Below, one piece after another: positions 61,101 to 64,000 of a stretch of DNA of 64,000 nucleotides; position 1 is the stretch's first letter; each line of letters begins with the position of its first letter. Below the pieces are notes generated by a model. The model worked only from the letters and a program-made list of their open reading frames with translations. It had not been told where the DNA came from and ran no database searches. The stretch lies in the NCBI GenBank assembly GCA_013265495.1, contig MU057711.1, positions 1,922,001 to 1,986,000 of the forward strand, written 5' to 3'. Origin of the DNA: Vicugna vicugna. Lineage: Eukaryota. Made by a program: the position numbers and the translations under genes.

Positions 61101-61866
61101 CCCCGAGTTCCCAGGCCTCCATCCTGCACTTGCACGTGCAGACGTGACTGCTTCTCCTGCCTCCTCCCCTCATGTCCTGGCTCCAAAGGGAAAGGGGGGA
61201 CCTCTGGGTGGGTTTGCACAGGCAGAGAAGACCATCCGTGCTCCCTGATCTCGTGCACTACATTAGTGCCTCTATCAAGCCCTATAGCCCCCGAAGCATG
61301 CTCCCAAGGCTGGCCATAAGGATCGCAGGAGTCTGGCACTGAAGTGGCCACCAGAGCCACACAGCGGGGCAAACACGGCAGCTCCCCGGGTGCCGGTCAG
61401 GCAGGCTCACCCGTCCAGATGGCAGGACCCTGCCCTTCACCCAGACCCCCTCTCGCATTTGCAGGTCCCCAGCCTGCAGTCCATCCCCTTCTCTTCCACC
61501 CTCAGCTCCTTCCCTCACCGAGAGGGGCACCCACTTGTCCAAGCCCTGCCCGGGCCCCACCCCATCTGAACAGCCCCTTAGTCGACCCTGTGGATATGCG
61601 TCCTGAAGGCCTGGCCACCATGGGGAAAACAAACACGAAGAGGCCTACGGATGCCCAGGGCAGTCAAGGGCCACATGGGCAGGGGGAGTCCTGGGGCCCT
61701 GCAGACCAGTCTGGAAGCAGCGGGCACATCCCCTTGCTCACAGGCTCCTCTTCCCCAGGGGGACAGCCATCGAGGGGCCTCTAAAGCACAGAGCTGAGCC
61801 CAGGGGCCCTGGTCCTGCCCTGCCACACCAGCTCTTTGACCTGGGTGCCTCCCTTTCCACTTTATT

Positions 61867-61916
61867 TTTTAAACATTTTTTATTGATTTATAATCATTTT
61901 ACAATGTTGTGTCAAA
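61867..61916 (-). mobile_element. Very short (about 50 nt) L1 3'-terminal insertion
   Basis: Reverse complement tttgacacaacattgtaaaatgattataaatcaataaaaaatgtttaaaaaa closely matches 34842-34893; imperfect TSD at 61852-61866 and 61917-61932. Confidence 0.85.
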
Positions 61917-63029
61917 CCTTCCCACTTTTATTCGCACTTCTGCAAGGAAGCGCATCACTGTATTTGGCCTGTGAGGTCTCCTAGTCAGGAAACCCCAATA
62001 GCTAAGAGCACAGGGTCTGCAATCAGGCAGACGCGGGCTCCGAGGCCTGGCGACGACACTAACAATCTGGGTGAAGCCCGGCACGTGGCATCCCGCTGTC
62101 CTCAGTTTCCTCATGGGCCCAATGGGGTGACACAAGTATCGAGCCCTCGGGGGTACCGCAGGGCGATGAGATGATGCCGGGGATGCAGATTACGGCATCA
62201 GGGGCTCAGTAAAAGCCCGATAAATGGTGCCCACCGAGGAGCAGTGGCGGGGGTCCTAGCTCAGAGGCCAGCAGCAGTCCCTCCACAAAGCCATGGCGTT
62301 CACGTGGAGCTTTACTGTATTTGACACACACACACACACACACCCTGAAGGATTCGCGTTTTCTTCTTGAAGGTGTTAGGTCAGGATGGCAACACCACGT
62401 GTCGCATGTCACAGAAGAGAAAGCTGAGGCCTCAGCAGAGAAGCGCCTGCCGTCACACGTGGGTGTTCCGCCCAGCCCGGACTCCGAGGCTGGGCTCTCT
62501 CCGCGGTCCCACCAGGTCGCCCTTGCTGTTAGCGCTGTCCTGCTGCGCTAGTTACTGCTGATCACACAGTCTGGTTTGGGGTGTGATGGGCACAGGCAGG
62601 GCCCAGAGAAGCTAAAGCAGCCCACACCCCACCTGGCCGGGCCCACACTAACAGACTCCCCCAGGCCTGCAGCCCCTTGTCATCAGGTTAAAAAGTGTTC
62701 TCTGGAAGCCAGATGGCCTGGAAAGCTGTCTGCCCAGGCACAAGCCCCAGGACAGACACCTCACCCCCAAGCCTTCTGAGACGTGGGCAGGATGGTGGAA
62801 AGAGCCCAGGCGTGGAGCCCAGCAGGCCCAGATGTAGGTGCTGCACCTCTGACTCAGTGTACACATCTGCACCGACAGGCCGTCACAAGCACCGGATGAG
62901 CTCGATACAAGGCTGACTGCCCCCACGAGCACACGGGAGATCTGTGAGAGACAGAGCAGAATACCATCGGGGCGCCCCAGGTGCCGGGCACGAGCCTAAG
63001 CACTTTGGGGGCATCAGCTTGTTTCATCC

Positions 63030-63150
63030 TCACAGCCACCTTATCCCCCTTCCCACGAGAAAACTGAGGCTTGAGAACCATAAATGACTAGTCCAAGGTC
63101 ACACAGCTGCAGACTGGGAAGCCAGCAACCCAGCTCTGCCTCCAACCTTC
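63030..63150 (+). mobile_element. MIR SINE
   Basis: gagaaaactgaggcttgag...atgactagtccaaggtcacacagct. Confidence 0.75.
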
Positions 63151-64000
63151 TCCACTCTTGCTGTTGTGCTCTCACCTTCAGAACAACCCTCAGAGTCCTC
63201 CGTCTGCATCCAGGGCCTGCCACCAGCCGGCCCCAGTCCTTCTGCCCTCAAGGACCCTTCCCCAACTCACGCATCCAGGCTACAGCCCCTGCATTTGCGT
63301 GTCCTCCTGCCTCAGGGCCATTGCTACTGGCGCTCCCGTCACTGAAATGCCCCCTCGGTGTTGGAGGCCCCACCTCACCCCTGCTGTCAAGGGGCCATTC
63401 CAGACCCCTGGATAAATAGACCTCTCCTCCCTCCCCCAGCTCCTCCTCTGGTGCCCACAGTCCTCTCTCAGTGCCGGGCTAGGGTACCAGAGCACGTGAG
63501 GCTGCCCCGGGCTGGGAGCTCCTCCAAGGCCGAGCCCCACCCTGCCTTCTTCTCTGTCCTTGTCCCGAGCCAGGGCGTTGCTGCAGCAAGCACCCACCAG
63601 CTGGTTAAAGTGAATTCACCCCCAAGCCCTTGGCCTTTTACCTTTTGTAATTTCCTAAACTGTAGGGGAAAAATTTTAAAGACAGGTGGGCATAGAGAAA
63701 AATAAAACTGAGCCATGATGTGCCCTTCTTCGTAATGCCGAATATATTCCGAGGCGGCCCATCTTACGGAACACTTTCTATGCATTACATTTTCCCTTTT
63801 TTAACAGAAGTAGGACCCCAGGCATGTCCTCACAGCCATCTTCCAGAGCCGTCACTTGCACAGGGTGTGCGTGGTGGCTCTGGAAAGCCAGCCACAAGAA
63901 GTCCACGGGCCAACGGGGAGGTGGCCAAAGAAGGGAGCCAGGGTACTGGCGGGTCTTGAAACCACATCTTAGGAGGGAAAGTGAAGGAACAGACACTGTT

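Larger units (their letters stand above)
47199..64000 (-). other. ZNF423: ZNF423 upstream intron (3' part); canonical first exon(s) lie beyond the window end
   Basis: The 60-nt exon has an acceptor and no start codon. I saw no sequence encoding the recalled N-termini (MHKKR or MSRRKQAKPRSVK) in 47199-64000. Confidence 0.85.

Overview
Mammalian (placental) genomic DNA, very likely a camelid, judged from three Vic-1-like tRNA-derived SINEs. The whole window lies inside ZNF423 (OAZ/Zfp423) on the minus strand. It holds a 60-nt coding exon (47139-47198, VEEGEASDFSLAWDSSVTAS), a 47-kb intron (99-47138), the first 98 nt of the next coding exon (98-1, [32 protein letters not shown], cut by the window edge) and about 17 kb of the preceding intron. 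The rest is intronic: MIR, L2, L3, L1, MLT1 and MER5-type repeats, simple repeats, and AT-rich, motif-dense islands that look like conserved enhancers. Most supplied ORFs are GC-rich noise. The most interesting signals are (i) two candidate alternative first coding exons inside the large intron (453-372 and 9937-9886/9820), both ending in phase-1 donors in frame with the downstream exon and giving new ZNF423 N-termini; (ii) a cluster of L1 3' ends with two apparent 3' transductions; (iii) three local 140-170 bp duplications of different ages. Repeat family names come from recalled consensus sequences, not from a database search, and most repeat boundaries are approximate.
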